Source of the DNA: Candidatus Zhuqueibacterota bacterium
GTDB lineage: Bacteria; Zhuqueibacterota; Zhuqueibacteria; Thermofontimicrobiales; Thermofontimicrobiaceae
Assembly: GCA_049322915.1 (NCBI GenBank)
Contig: JBMOPW010000013.1
Coordinates: 10,098-74,097 of the forward strand
Length of the DNA: 64,000 bases
Reading direction: 5' to 3'
Shown piece by piece: positions 1-9,527 of this stretch; the first letter of the stretch is position 1, and every line of letters starts with the position of its first letter. The position numbers were made by a program, and so were the translations under genes. Below the pieces are notes generated by a model. The model was given only the letters and a program-made list of their open reading frames with translations, was not told the origin of the DNA and made no database searches.

Positions 1-1
1 C

Positions 2-247
2 CTGTTCCGCGGATTTATCCTCCGGGGATTGAATGACGCTGTCGGTGAATGGACGGCCATTTGCATTCAAACGATTCCGTCCTGCCTGTGGCATATCGGA
101 TTCCCTGCCGCTGAAATTTTTTCATCCATCCCGGCAGGGATTTTGTTCGGTGTCCTGACCATCCAATCCCGATCGATTCTCTGGGCGTTCCTGTTGCACT
201 GGCTTATCGGTTTCACCCTGGATTTTTTCATTGTACTTTTTCCTTAA
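2..247 (+). CDS. CPBP (Abi/CAAX) family intramembrane protease, 5' truncated
   Basis: Frame open from window edge: LFRG..., LWH, and LHWLIG motifs with hydrophobic helices. Confidence 0.8.
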   Translation: MFRGFILRGLNDAVGEWTAICIQTIPSCLWHIGFPAAEIFSSIPAGILFGVLTIQSRSILWAFLLHWLIGFTLDFFIVLFP

Positions 248-272
248 CACTTAAGCGAAACGACCTGATCCC

Positions 273-1238
273 ATGAATCTGTTTTTCCGAATTCGGTCCC
301 GGCTCACCCGGCTCTGGCTCGAATCCGTCGCGCCCTTGCGACTCAAACTGGTCGATATCAACTGCCTCGGCTATCCGGGCCTCATCGCGGTGCTTTTGCT
401 TTTCTTCCACGACACAGTGGACAATTGGGCAACTTTTATCCTGCTGCATTTTTTGGTCATTGCGCTGATACTCTTCATTGTCCGGCAGGGCGAACGCCAG
501 CCGAACCGGCAGATGTTCGTATTTTTGCGCACGTTTTATCCCATCGCTGTCCTGGCGTTCTGCTGGAGTGAAATCGGTGCGACCAGCCGCATGTTCTTCA
601 GTGATTATTGGGCGACCGAGGCCATCATTTCTCTGGACAGGCTCGTCTTCGGCGTCTCTCCCACTGCATGGTTCCAGCAATTTTACCGTCCCTGGCTGGA
701 CGAGTTGATGAACCTGTTCTATTCCGGATTTTTTTTGTTCATGCCCGTCGTATCACTCACCCTGTATTTTCAGGACAGAAAACAGGATGCCCTGGCGGCC
801 TTCTCCCTGGGCACTTTCATTCACCTGTCCAACTTCATGTTATTCCGACTCTTCCCGACCCTGGCGCCATTCATGACCGAGTCCATCGCTTCATCCCATC
901 CCCAGCAATACACCGGCTACCTCTTCGCTGAAATCACCCGCATCACTCAGTCCCATGGCGCACAGCCCGGCGGCACATTTCCTTCGGTGCATGTCTCCAC
1001 GGCCATTGGCTGGGCGCTGATCGCGTTTCATTTTGAGAGAAGGTGGGGCTTTTTCCTGATCCCGGCGGCGATCGGCGTGGCAATTTCCACGGTCTACCTG
1101 GGCTATCACCACGCCCTGGACGCCGTGTTCGGTTTCCTCTGGGGGATACTCGCTTTCCTGATTGCGCTGAAAATTTTAAAGCGAAGAAACGAGGATCGGC
1201 CGAGTGAAACGCCCTCCGATTTCCCTGCCGGCGCATAA
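273..1238 (+). CDS. PAP2-superfamily membrane phosphatase/phosphotransferase (AUR1-like)
   Basis: Multi-TM protein with FPSVH and YLGYHH..D motifs. Confidence 0.8.
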   Translation: MNLFFRIRSRLTRLWLESVAPLRLKLVDINCLGYPGLIAVLLLFFHDTVDNWATFILLHFLVIALILFIVRQGERQPNRQMFVFLRTFYPIAVLAFCWSEIGATSRMFFSDYWATEAIISLDRLVFGVSPTAWFQQFYRPWLDELMNLFYSGFFLFMPVVSLTLYFQDRKQDALAAFSLGTFIHLSNFMLFRLFPTLAPFMTESIASSHPQQYTGYLFAEITRITQSHGAQPGGTFPSVHVSTAIGWALIAFHFERRWGFFLIPAAIGVAISTVYLGYHHALDAVFGFLWGILAFLIALKILKRRNEDRPSETPSDFPAGA

Positions 1239-1357
1239 AAAAAGATGAGAACAAAAACCGGATTGGAGTGTTAAATCTGGTGATTCGTTTCACCGTGTCC
1301 ATCAGGCGCATCGCAGCGGCGCGGGCAATTTGTGTTTGTTCACTGCACATGATGAAT

Positions 1358-1488
1358 GTAACCACTCCGGTTCAAAGTTCAATGGTTCCCGGTTCAGGGT
1401 TTGTGAGAATCAAGATTGAATAATATGAGGAACGTAAGGTCATTCACGCTGACCCTTGAACACTGAATCTGACAACCTGAATAGCAAC
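1358..1488. repeat. Degenerate inverted-repeat element with GGTTCA-type heptamer arms
   Basis: GTAACC..GGTTCAAAGTTCAATGGTTCCCGGTTCAGGGTT left arm, CTGA/TGAA-rich right arm ending CTGAATAGCAAC; resembles 44338-44485. Confidence 0.55.
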
Positions 1489-1537
1489 CGAAATTTTGAC
1501 AAAAGTCTTCTCACACGTCAGCATGCAGAGGTAATTC

Positions 1538-3097
1538 ATGGAAACAAAAATTTCAACCGGCCTGAAGGTATTCGACAATTTACTACCGACTATCAAAAAT
1601 TTCCTAGCCAAAGACCAGGTCACCTATACCATCGATGGCGAGCGCGTGCACGGCTATCGCAGCCCGGATTGCAACGCCATCTGGATTCGCGACCACTCGG
1701 ATATACTCCGCGGCGCCCGCTATTTTGAGCGAGACATGCTCAGCGGCGCTGCTCATTTTGCCTCGACCCAACTGGCCAATGGCTCGCTGATGGATTTCGT
1801 CTCCTGCGCCATGGATCGTGAGAATTGGACCAAGTACGTCCGCGTCCCGGTGGAGGCCGATGTGGAATACCGATTTGTGAAGGCATTGTACCTGGGCTGG
1901 CAAGCTACCGGCGATTCCGCCTGGGTGGAGAAAATGCTGCCTCACGCGGAGCGCGCATTGGGCTATACCATGAATCACCCCTGGCGCTGGGCCAGCGATT
2001 ACGGTCTGGTGAAACGCGCCTTCACCATTGACACCTGGGACTTCGACTATGTCGGGCCGAACCAGCCCTGGCTGAATTTTCAGATCAGCGAGCAGACCCA
2101 TTGGGGCATCTTTCACGGGGACAATTCCGGTCTCTACGAAGCCTGTTCACTGCTGGCGCGACTCTACAATTTCCTGGGTAACGACGCAAAAGCACAGCTA
2201 TGGGCTGACATTGCCAGCGGCATAAGAGAACGCGCCAATCGGCTGTGCTGGAACGGACAATTTTATACGCACCGCATTCCGCTCGATGGCTTTACCGTAC
2301 CGAATTTTGATGAATCCGCCCAGTTGTCGCTGTCCAATCCCATGGCCATCAACCGCGGATTGGCGACTCACGAGATGGCGGTGAACATCATTCAGGAATA
2401 CCAGCGACGCAGCGATCGCGCCTTTGCTGAATGGTTTTCCATCGATCCGCCTTTTCCCGCCGGCATGTTCGGCGATCCCAAAATCATCGCAGGCGCGTAT
2501 ATCAATGGCGGCATTTTCCCGCTTGTCGGCGGCGAACTGGCGCGGGCTGCATTCGAGCACGGCTTCGAAAAATACGCTGCCGAAACCCTCATCAAATACG
2601 GTAAAATGATCGAGCAATCCGGCGAGACATTCCTCTGGTACTTCCCGGATGGGAGACCCTCCTCCGTAGAGACGAGCACCAGTCCGGAAGCCACGCCAAC
2701 GGACGGCTGGGGTTCATCGGCCATGCTGTACGCGTTCATCGAAGGTCTGGCTGGCGTGGTGGATCAATCCTGTCTGTTCAGGGAGGTGCGCCTTTCACCG
2801 CGCTGGGTGGCTGCCGGATTGACCCGGGCCACGGTTCAGGTGGGATATGGCGCCGGCGACTCCGGCATTGGCTACGAGTTCGAATGGCGCCCGGCCGAAA
2901 AACGAATCGATGTGAAACTGGCTGGGAAATCGCGCGTGCGGTTTCACCTGCTGCTGCCGGCAGGAAGCCGCGCTGCCACGCTGAAAATTTCGGGACGGCC
3001 GGCGGATTTTGTCGTCAGCACCGTCGGCGAGAGCCATTACTCCGATTTCGCATTGGAGTTAGCCGGACAGGCGGAGGTCGAACTTCATTTAAAATGA
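1538..3097 (+). CDS. Six-hairpin glycosidase-like protein (glycoside hydrolase, family unassigned)
   Basis: 519 aa; WIRD motif, Y.NGG.FP and GW..SA..YAFIEGLAG segments typical of (alpha/alpha)6 enzymes; no signal peptide. Confidence 0.65.
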   Translation: METKISTGLKVFDNLLPTIKNFLAKDQVTYTIDGERVHGYRSPDCNAIWIRDHSDILRGARYFERDMLSGAAHFASTQLANGSLMDFVSCAMDRENWTKYVRVPVEADVEYRFVKALYLGWQATGDSAWVEKMLPHAERALGYTMNHPWRWASDYGLVKRAFTIDTWDFDYVGPNQPWLNFQISEQTHWGIFHGDNSGLYEACSLLARLYNFLGNDAKAQLWADIASGIRERANRLCWNGQFYTHRIPLDGFTVPNFDESAQLSLSNPMAINRGLATHEMAVNIIQEYQRRSDRAFAEWFSIDPPFPAGMFGDPKIIAGAYINGGIFPLVGGELARAAFEHGFEKYAAETLIKYGKMIEQSGETFLWYFPDGRPSSVETSTSPEATPTDGWGSSAMLYAFIEGLAGVVDQSCLFREVRLSPRWVAAGLTRATVQVGYGAGDSGIGYEFEWRPAEKRIDVKLAGKSRVRFHLLLPAGSRAATLKISGRPADFVVSTVGESHYSDFALELAGQAEVELHLK

Positions 3098-3201
3098 TGG
3101 GACAGTGAGGCGCCGGAATCCATCGGCGATGCATTATATGAGTGAGCAACGGAAGCCATCGCTTTCCCGGGCGTTATTTTTATCATACGATTTTCATGTT
3201 G

Positions 3202-3241
3202 AAAAACCGACCCGTTCCGCAGTTGGATCCGGGTCGGTTTT
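3202..3241. terminator. Bidirectional intrinsic terminator
   Basis: AAAAACCGACCCG...CGGGTCGGTTTT between convergent genes. Confidence 0.7.
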
Positions 3242-3251
3242 GCTGCGTCTG

Positions 3252-5528
3252 TTATTTGAAGAATTCGCGAAGCCCTGCCGCAGTTATATCTTCCGCTCCG
3301 GTGTCCCAGATTCTGATATAGTTTTTTTTCCATTTGAAAATCACCTTGTCGCCGAGGGCTAAAATCTTTGCCAGGGATGGCTGTTTGATGAGTATCTGCT
3401 GAAACGCTTCGCTGCCAAATTTCACATCCACTGTTTTTTGGTCGGCGTATTCGCTATCCACCCACACATTTTCTTTGAGATAAAATGTCCTGCCGGCAAC
3501 CCGGCGCACCGCGACATTGTCCTCGATGGCGTTTGCCTCTTTCATCCGCTGGGTTTCCTTGCTCAGCTTCACCGCCAACATACCCTGATCGTATGCCGCC
3601 GGAGCCGGCGCGCTGGAAACGGAGAGACGTTCCGAGGCCATTTTCCGGTCAGAAGCGCCATTCCCGGCGCCAATGCCGCCCGGCACAGCCTGGCCCGACT
3701 TTGCCATCACTTCATCTTCCTGCACCAGATAGGACGTGTACGGCGACATCACACCGTACTTTTTGCTCAGTCGGATCACCTCATTTTTCAATTCTTCGTT
3801 CTCGCCGTGAAGCCGAATCTCGTCCATCAGATAGCCTATTTTTCGCGTCGCCCAGAGATGCGGCAGAAATTCATGTCCTTCGCCTTTTTCGCCGGGATTC
3901 ACCGGATAGGTGAATTTCCGCTCCCGGTCGCCGGCTCTGCCAGTGAGCGTCACCTCGGTCGCAGCTTTATTTTTATAAGTGCCCAGAATCGTCAGTTGCG
4001 AACCCTTGAACAGATCCGGCAGCTTCTTCGGAAACACATTCTCCACGCTCATTCGTCCGAAATCGATGTCCAGGTCTGCCAGAACAGGATGGCTTATTTT
4101 GTCATAGAACGCGGCTATCTTCTGTTCGATCTGCTCGCCGGGTTCGATGTAATCCGAAACAGCGCGGCTGTTCAATGCAATTTTATCGAGCAAGACCGTG
4201 TTCACATCGTACCCAACGCCGAACGTGAAAATTTTGATGTGGGAAGTATTTCGCTCGGAGGTCTGCTTCAGAATGGCGGTGATATCGGTCTCGCCGACCG
4301 TGGGCAATCCGTCGGTGAGGAACACAATGCTGCCGGCGCGCTCCGCGTCAAACCGAAAGGTCAACGCCCGGGCCAGCGCATCGCCGATATTGGTGCCGCC
4401 CTGGGCGCCCATCTGCCGGACAAACTGTAGCGCGTCGTTCCGATGCTCTGCGGCCAACACCAGCGCGTCCCTGAACAGCGTCGTCTCAGTACTGAAGGTG
4501 ATAATATTGAACCGATCGTTTTGCCCCAGACGGTTGATGCAATAGGTCAACGCGTCCTGCGCCTGACTGATTTTTTCCCCGCTCATACTGCCTGAAACAT
4601 CGAGCACAAACAGGATATCTTTATTGAGAATTTCCTGATCGGAAAAATCGGTTCGGGGAGAGACCAGCAGCATGAAGAAATTGCCTTCGTCATCCGGCGA
4701 CTGATAGGTCATGATATTCATCCCAAAATCCTGTCGCGAATAGGAGTAGTAGAGGACAAAATTTTCCCGGTTCGGCTCCCGCTTTCCTTCATAGCTGACA
4801 CTTGCCCGGTGATCGCTCATTCTCGAAATCGACACGTCGTGGCTGGGCGAGTACACCGTTTTCAGGGGAATCTGCGACTGAATATCGATGGCGATGAGCT
4901 GTTGAATTCCCGGCTCATTCGCACGGAATGAATTTTTTTCCATCGGCATGGGCTGAGGCAGCGGCAGATCCGGCCGCGCGCCGCGACCCGCCTGGACGTC
5001 CCCGCGCAGCGGATAGCTGAATTTGACCATGTCTCCATCCATCGGGAGCAGGGCAGAATAGCGCAGGACGATCTTGCGTTCTTTGTGCGGCGGAATGGGG
5101 AAAATAGCCGCGCTGAATAAATTCTGATTGACGTATTCCAGCAACGCCGGGTCCAGATTGCGTCGCACAATCTGTTCGTAAATCTCGCGCGCTTTGCCTT
5201 TATCGAGTATCTCGCCGGTCATCAGTTTGCCATCCGCGACCATGTTGAATTCTGAAATGCTGGCGTTTTCCGGCAGCGGGAAATAATAGACGCCTTCAAT
5301 GGCCTGCTGAGAATCGTTGAAAAAAACCTGGTCCACGGTCACGGCGGCCACCTGATCGGTTATCTTCACGGTGACGTTGTGATGGGTGAGATTGAGCGTT
5401 GCTGGTTGAAGATGGGGAATGGGACGAGGGATGATAAATCCCTGGCCGGCGATGTTCCGGACCAGAATGATCGAGACGAAAAACCACACTGCGGCGGTTG
5501 CGAATGAACTTCTTTTTTTGAGAACCAT
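3252..5528 (-). CDS. Secreted VIT + von Willebrand factor A domain protein
   Basis: Signal peptide, VIT domain (EGVYYFPLP..A), MIDAS DVSGSM and FLTDG; ATG at 5528 has GGAGGA RBS. Confidence 0.9.
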   Translation of the reverse strand: MVLKKRSSFATAAVWFFVSIILVRNIAGQGFIIPRPIPHLQPATLNLTHHNVTVKITDQVAAVTVDQVFFNDSQQAIEGVYYFPLPENASISEFNMVADGKLMTGEILDKGKAREIYEQIVRRNLDPALLEYVNQNLFSAAIFPIPPHKERKIVLRYSALLPMDGDMVKFSYPLRGDVQAGRGARPDLPLPQPMPMEKNSFRANEPGIQQLIAIDIQSQIPLKTVYSPSHDVSISRMSDHRASVSYEGKREPNRENFVLYYSYSRQDFGMNIMTYQSPDDEGNFFMLLVSPRTDFSDQEILNKDILFVLDVSGSMSGEKISQAQDALTYCINRLGQNDRFNIITFSTETTLFRDALVLAAEHRNDALQFVRQMGAQGGTNIGDALARALTFRFDAERAGSIVFLTDGLPTVGETDITAILKQTSERNTSHIKIFTFGVGYDVNTVLLDKIALNSRAVSDYIEPGEQIEQKIAAFYDKISHPVLADLDIDFGRMSVENVFPKKLPDLFKGSQLTILGTYKNKAATEVTLTGRAGDRERKFTYPVNPGEKGEGHEFLPHLWATRKIGYLMDEIRLHGENEELKNEVIRLSKKYGVMSPYTSYLVQEDEVMAKSGQAVPGGIGAGNGASDRKMASERLSVSSAPAPAAYDQGMLAVKLSKETQRMKEANAIEDNVAVRRVAGRTFYLKENVWVDSEYADQKTVDVKFGSEAFQQILIKQPSLAKILALGDKVIFKWKKNYIRIWDTGAEDITAAGLREFFK

Positions 5529-5595
5529 GATAATTCCTCCTGCATGAAGTGAGTTGTATGTGTCAATGAAATTGGCTTGCTGACGTTCACTTACT

Positions 5596-5626
5596 ATACA
5601 GGTCAAAATCAGAAATATTCCAGGCC
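5596..5626 (-). promoter_or_regulatory. Putative ECF sigma promoter for the vWA gene
   Basis: GGCCTGGAATA-N8-TTTGACCTGTAT; same motif and spacing at 7413-7443. Confidence 0.7.
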
Positions 5627-5629
5627 CAA

Positions 5630-6796
5630 TCATTTTTTTTGAAGTTCTTTCAACCTGTCCATCAGGCGTTCGAGCATGTGCTCCAGCGATTCGTATTCAC
5701 TTTCATGCCGGAACAGGTCGAGGTTCGCCTCGAAAAAGGCGATGGATTGCTGCACAATCGCTCCGTCATCCGAATTCACAGCCCGATCGAAATGCACGCG
5801 CAGCATCTCCCGGATGGCTCTCTTTTGATACTCCGGCTCCGGTGGTTTTTTCAAAAAGCGTTCCCAGATGAGCAGCTTCTCCGCCGGGTCAGAAGTCTGC
5901 TGCGCCAGGGAGAACGCATTTTCGAATTCAGCCTCGTGCGTCCCGACCGAAGCAGCCCGGGCAGTAGTTTTCAATCGAACGGCATCGACGCTGAGTTTGT
6001 CGCGCACTTCCGGGCGAGTCCCCTTGGGCGTTTCAGGCGCAGTGATGAAGCGCGTTCGAATTCGGGCAGAATCCGATTCCGACAGATTTTCTGACTTCAT
6101 CGCCTGCACGCTGCGCGACACTTCCGCGAATTCCTGGTGTTCATCAACTCCGGGCGCATTCACCGCTGCAGAGTTCGCCGCGTCGTACACCGGTGTCGGA
6201 GTCGACGCTGCGCCACCTGCTTCAGCGCGTCCCAAATCAGGCGGCTCAGCTTCCTTTTCCAGCGCCACTTTCACCGATCTTTTCGCTTCCTCTCCCGGCG
6301 CCGGCGAATCCGCTGCAAGCATCGATACGGCCGGGGCAGCGCTGTCCGGCAACCCGGCTCCTCCTGACGCTGCCCTGACATTTTCCTCCGGACGTGTGAC
6401 AGATGGGAGCTGCATCTTGCCTTCCCTGAAAAACGTGAGCAGCACAAACACGCCGACCACTGCCGCCGATGCGGCCAGGCTGACCAGTCGAAATCGCATT
6501 TGCTGCGGCCAGATGATGGATCTGATCGTCGCCAGCCGCAGGCGCGGTTTTGCCGGCGTTCGATCCAATTCCCGTACCTCATCCATCACCGAGCGCGTCA
6601 AATTTTTCCAGTAATCCTGAGTGGGTTCCGGGACAAATTTCGTTTTTCCGGCAGCATTGACATATCGCAATTCAGCCAGTTCCCGTGCGCAGGAAGGACA
6701 GGCTGCCATGTGCGCCTCAATAGCCTGGCGTTCATCCGCCCCCAATTCTCCGTCGAGATACGGCCCCAGTAATTCCCGGAATTGCTCACAGTTCAT
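5630..6796 (-). CDS. Anti-sigma factor with zf-HC2 domain and single TM
   Basis: N-terminal C...H...C..C (HMAACPSC), TM helix, overlaps ECF sigma stop. Confidence 0.9.
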   Translation of the reverse strand: MNCEQFRELLGPYLDGELGADERQAIEAHMAACPSCARELAELRYVNAAGKTKFVPEPTQDYWKNLTRSVMDEVRELDRTPAKPRLRLATIRSIIWPQQMRFRLVSLAASAAVVGVFVLLTFFREGKMQLPSVTRPEENVRAASGGAGLPDSAAPAVSMLAADSPAPGEEAKRSVKVALEKEAEPPDLGRAEAGGAASTPTPVYDAANSAAVNAPGVDEHQEFAEVSRSVQAMKSENLSESDSARIRTRFITAPETPKGTRPEVRDKLSVDAVRLKTTARAASVGTHEAEFENAFSLAQQTSDPAEKLLIWERFLKKPPEPEYQKRAIREMLRVHFDRAVNSDDGAIVQQSIAFFEANLDLFRHESEYESLEHMLERLMDRLKELQKK

Positions 6797-7398
6797 TGTT
6801 TTTCCTCGCTCTCAAAAAAGGTCATGTACGGCTGAAGCAGCTCCTTCAGTTTCGACCGTGCGCGGGACAGTCGCGACATCACTGTGCCCGGCGAGATGTC
6901 CAGCGATTCGCTGATCTCCTGGTAACTCATTTCTTCAGAAGTCTTCATCAGAAAAACCAGCCGCTGTTCAAAGGGCAATTCGGCCATGGCGCCGGCGATT
7001 TGCTCTTCCAGTTCAGTCCGGAGCACCTGATCCAGGGGCGTGCCCTGTCCGGCTGCAATGTGACGCATCTGCTCCTCATCCTGTCTGACGAACGTCTCGC
7101 GCTGCCGGCGAATTTTCTGCTGCTGGTTCAGGCTCAAATTGACCCCGATGCGAAACAGCCAGGGATAGAACGGATAGCGCTCGTCGAACCGATCCAGGTT
7201 TTGATAGGCCTTCACAAAGCTTTCCTGGACAATGTCCGTCGCATCGTCGTGGTCAAGCACAATCTTGCGCACAGCCAGATAAAGCTGGCGTTGATATTTC
7301 ACGACCAACTGCTCGAACGCATTGTGATTCCGTTTTTTCGCGCGGCGAATCCAGCGAAGTTCCTGTGCATCCATCGTATGTTCCGAGTGAGCGTTCAT
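6793..7398 (-). CDS. ECF RNA polymerase sigma-70 factor
   Basis: Region 2 (DIVQESFVKAY, WLFRI) and region 4 (SYQEIS..GTVMSRLSRAR); start may be the second Met at 7374. Confidence 0.95.
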   Translation of the reverse strand: MNAHSEHTMDAQELRWIRRAKKRNHNAFEQLVVKYQRQLYLAVRKIVLDHDDATDIVQESFVKAYQNLDRFDERYPFYPWLFRIGVNLSLNQQQKIRRQRETFVRQDEEQMRHIAAGQGTPLDQVLRTELEEQIAGAMAELPFEQRLVFLMKTSEEMSYQEISESLDISPGTVMSRLSRARSKLKELLQPYMTFFESEEKQ

Positions 7399-7412
7399 AT
7401 CCCCTATTCACA

Positions 7413-7443
7413 ATACAGGTCAAATGAAATTTTATTCCTGGCC
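7413..7443 (-). promoter_or_regulatory. Putative autoregulatory ECF promoter
   Basis: GGCCAGGAATA-N8-TTTGACCTGTAT directly upstream of the sigma gene. Confidence 0.7.
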
Positions 7444-7718
7444 TGAATTATTCATGAACTTGCTCAGAATTTGAGTCAACATTCATATTTTCAATTAGCT
7501 AAAAGCTAAGCTATTTTGAAACACAGTTTTTGTACGTTTATTCTAAAAAGAGCACCATTCAGGTTAGCCAGCCTCCTTTAAAAATACTATGAATAATGCA
7601 GGCTGGAAACATAGGGATTTTTTTTCAGAGAGTCAATGAGAAAAAATGCTGTCAGAGGCGGATGCTGCGAGGCAAATCGGCTGATGTGAGACAGGCGTTG
7701 TTGGCGCAATGAATCGTC

Positions 7719-9527
7719 TCAAGACGGTGAAGAGGAAGCGGTTTTTGCTGTTCCATCGAAAGTTGAAATCAGCGAAATTCCCAGAGCAAGGACCGCAATG
7801 ACGGCCAAAACCACGACCGGGAAATAGGCGCCTTCCCCGGCAATGACGCCGTAGATGCTGCGCGCCGTTGGATTGGCTATCACCAGCAGGGCCAGACCAT
7901 TATTCACCGCGTGGCCGACCATTCCCAGAAAAATCGATCCGGTCCGATGCACGATGAACGCCAGATAAAATCCCAGTATCGCCGTTGGGATCATTCGGAA
8001 CAGATAGAGATGAAAAATGCCAAACAGCAGGGCAACAATTGCCATGGCTGCGACCGGCGAGAAGCGTTTTTTGAGCGAGGAGAGAATCACCCCACGGAAC
8101 AGCAATTCCTCGCAGATAGCCGGACTGAGCACAAATATGGCCATTCCCTGCCACGCACTCAATCCCAGCGAATCGAAGTTGAGCAGTTTTACCAGCATCT
8201 CTCCAATTTTGATCGACTCAGGAAACAGCGCGATCTGAATTCGCGCGACCCAGGTTGTCACAGCTGCGCCAGCCAGCGCCACCATCACCGTGCCGATGAA
8301 CGCCAGGGGATGAAAACGCTTCAGAGACAGGGTCGCTCGCGCATCGACTTTGTTATACCAGATGAAGATCAGAATCGGCAGGAAAATCAACAGCCATTGC
8401 GTCGCTAAAATGCCCCAATGCCCGAATCGCGTTTGCAGCGTCGAGCCGATATAAAAAAGCAGAAAGGCAATGATGGCAAAAATGATGAGCGCGCTCGATG
8501 GGGTGAACACATCGGATCGAATGATTTGCGACCGGCGCAGCAGAAATTGCCAGGCGCGTCCCTCGGTGAACAGCACTTCTTCCGCATTGAACAATTTTGC
8601 GACCACGACTATTCCGACAAACGCGCACAGCGCATTGGAGAGGAACACGGAGAATATCAGGCCGGCCGGCGCCGACCCGATCATCATTTCTTTGACCAGC
8701 AGACTGACATTCAAAATTGGGATGAAAGACAACGCGCTGCTCAATTTCATCGCCGGGGCCAGGGCGAACAGCGCCGGGAAAACGAGCAGCAGGTAGAGCG
8801 GCGTCACCAGGTTTTGCGCCTCTTTGAACGTCCTGGCAAAGATGGTCACGGAAATCATCGCGGAACTGATGAACAGCGACAGGGGAATCAGAGTGAAAAA
8901 AAGCAGCATCATGGCCACCGGCGAAATCGAAAACTGGAAATTCCCGGTCAGCGCGTTCATCTGGGTCAATCCCAGGGAGTAGGTCATCATCATGGCGACG
9001 AGATTCAGGACGCCGGTCAGCAGCGCGAAGGTGGCCACTGTCAGGTATTTTCCAAGTATCAACTCGACGCGTTTGATGGGCACGGTTAAAATTGTCTCCA
9101 GGGTGCCGCGCTCTTTCTCGCCGGCCGTCAGGTCAATGGCCGGATACAGAGCGCCGAAAATCAGCGTGACAATGATCAGCACCGGCACCAGCGAGCTGAA
9201 AATCATCCCGCCGACACCTGTCTCCGCGGATGTGCTCCACTGACCCATTTCCGGTTTCGGCGGCGGCGTCGACAGGGCAGACTGGTTCGATGGAACGTCA
9301 CGTTCCGATGAAATGGTCACGGCCGCCAGCCCCGTCGCTGGCGCTGCCGGAGCGCTGCTCTGCTGGCTGAAGTCGAATCCACCGAATGCGATGATCTGAC
9401 TCATGATGATGAACATCATGGGATAGAGCACGATCGGTATCAAAATCATGGCAGCGAGACTGCGCCTGTCCCGCAGCATTTCCAGAGTCTCTTTTCTGAA
9501 CACAATCCAGATTTTATTAAATTTCAC
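7719..9527 (-). CDS. natB: NatB-like ABC-2 permease fused to CPBP protease domain
   Basis: KE..EMLRDRR, AGEKERGTLE; C-terminal EELLFRG...H...H..NN. Confidence 0.85.
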   Translation of the reverse strand: MKFNKIWIVFRKETLEMLRDRRSLAAMILIPIVLYPMMFIIMSQIIAFGGFDFSQQSSAPAAPATGLAAVTISSERDVPSNQSALSTPPPKPEMGQWSTSAETGVGGMIFSSLVPVLIIVTLIFGALYPAIDLTAGEKERGTLETILTVPIKRVELILGKYLTVATFALLTGVLNLVAMMMTYSLGLTQMNALTGNFQFSISPVAMMLLFFTLIPLSLFISSAMISVTIFARTFKEAQNLVTPLYLLLVFPALFALAPAMKLSSALSFIPILNVSLLVKEMMIGSAPAGLIFSVFLSNALCAFVGIVVVAKLFNAEEVLFTEGRAWQFLLRRSQIIRSDVFTPSSALIIFAIIAFLLFYIGSTLQTRFGHWGILATQWLLIFLPILIFIWYNKVDARATLSLKRFHPLAFIGTVMVALAGAAVTTWVARIQIALFPESIKIGEMLVKLLNFDSLGLSAWQGMAIFVLSPAICEELLFRGVILSSLKKRFSPVAAMAIVALLFGIFHLYLFRMIPTAILGFYLAFIVHRTGSIFLGMVGHAVNNGLALLVIANPTARSIYGVIAGEGAYFPVVVLAVIAVLALGISLISTFDGTAKTASSSPS

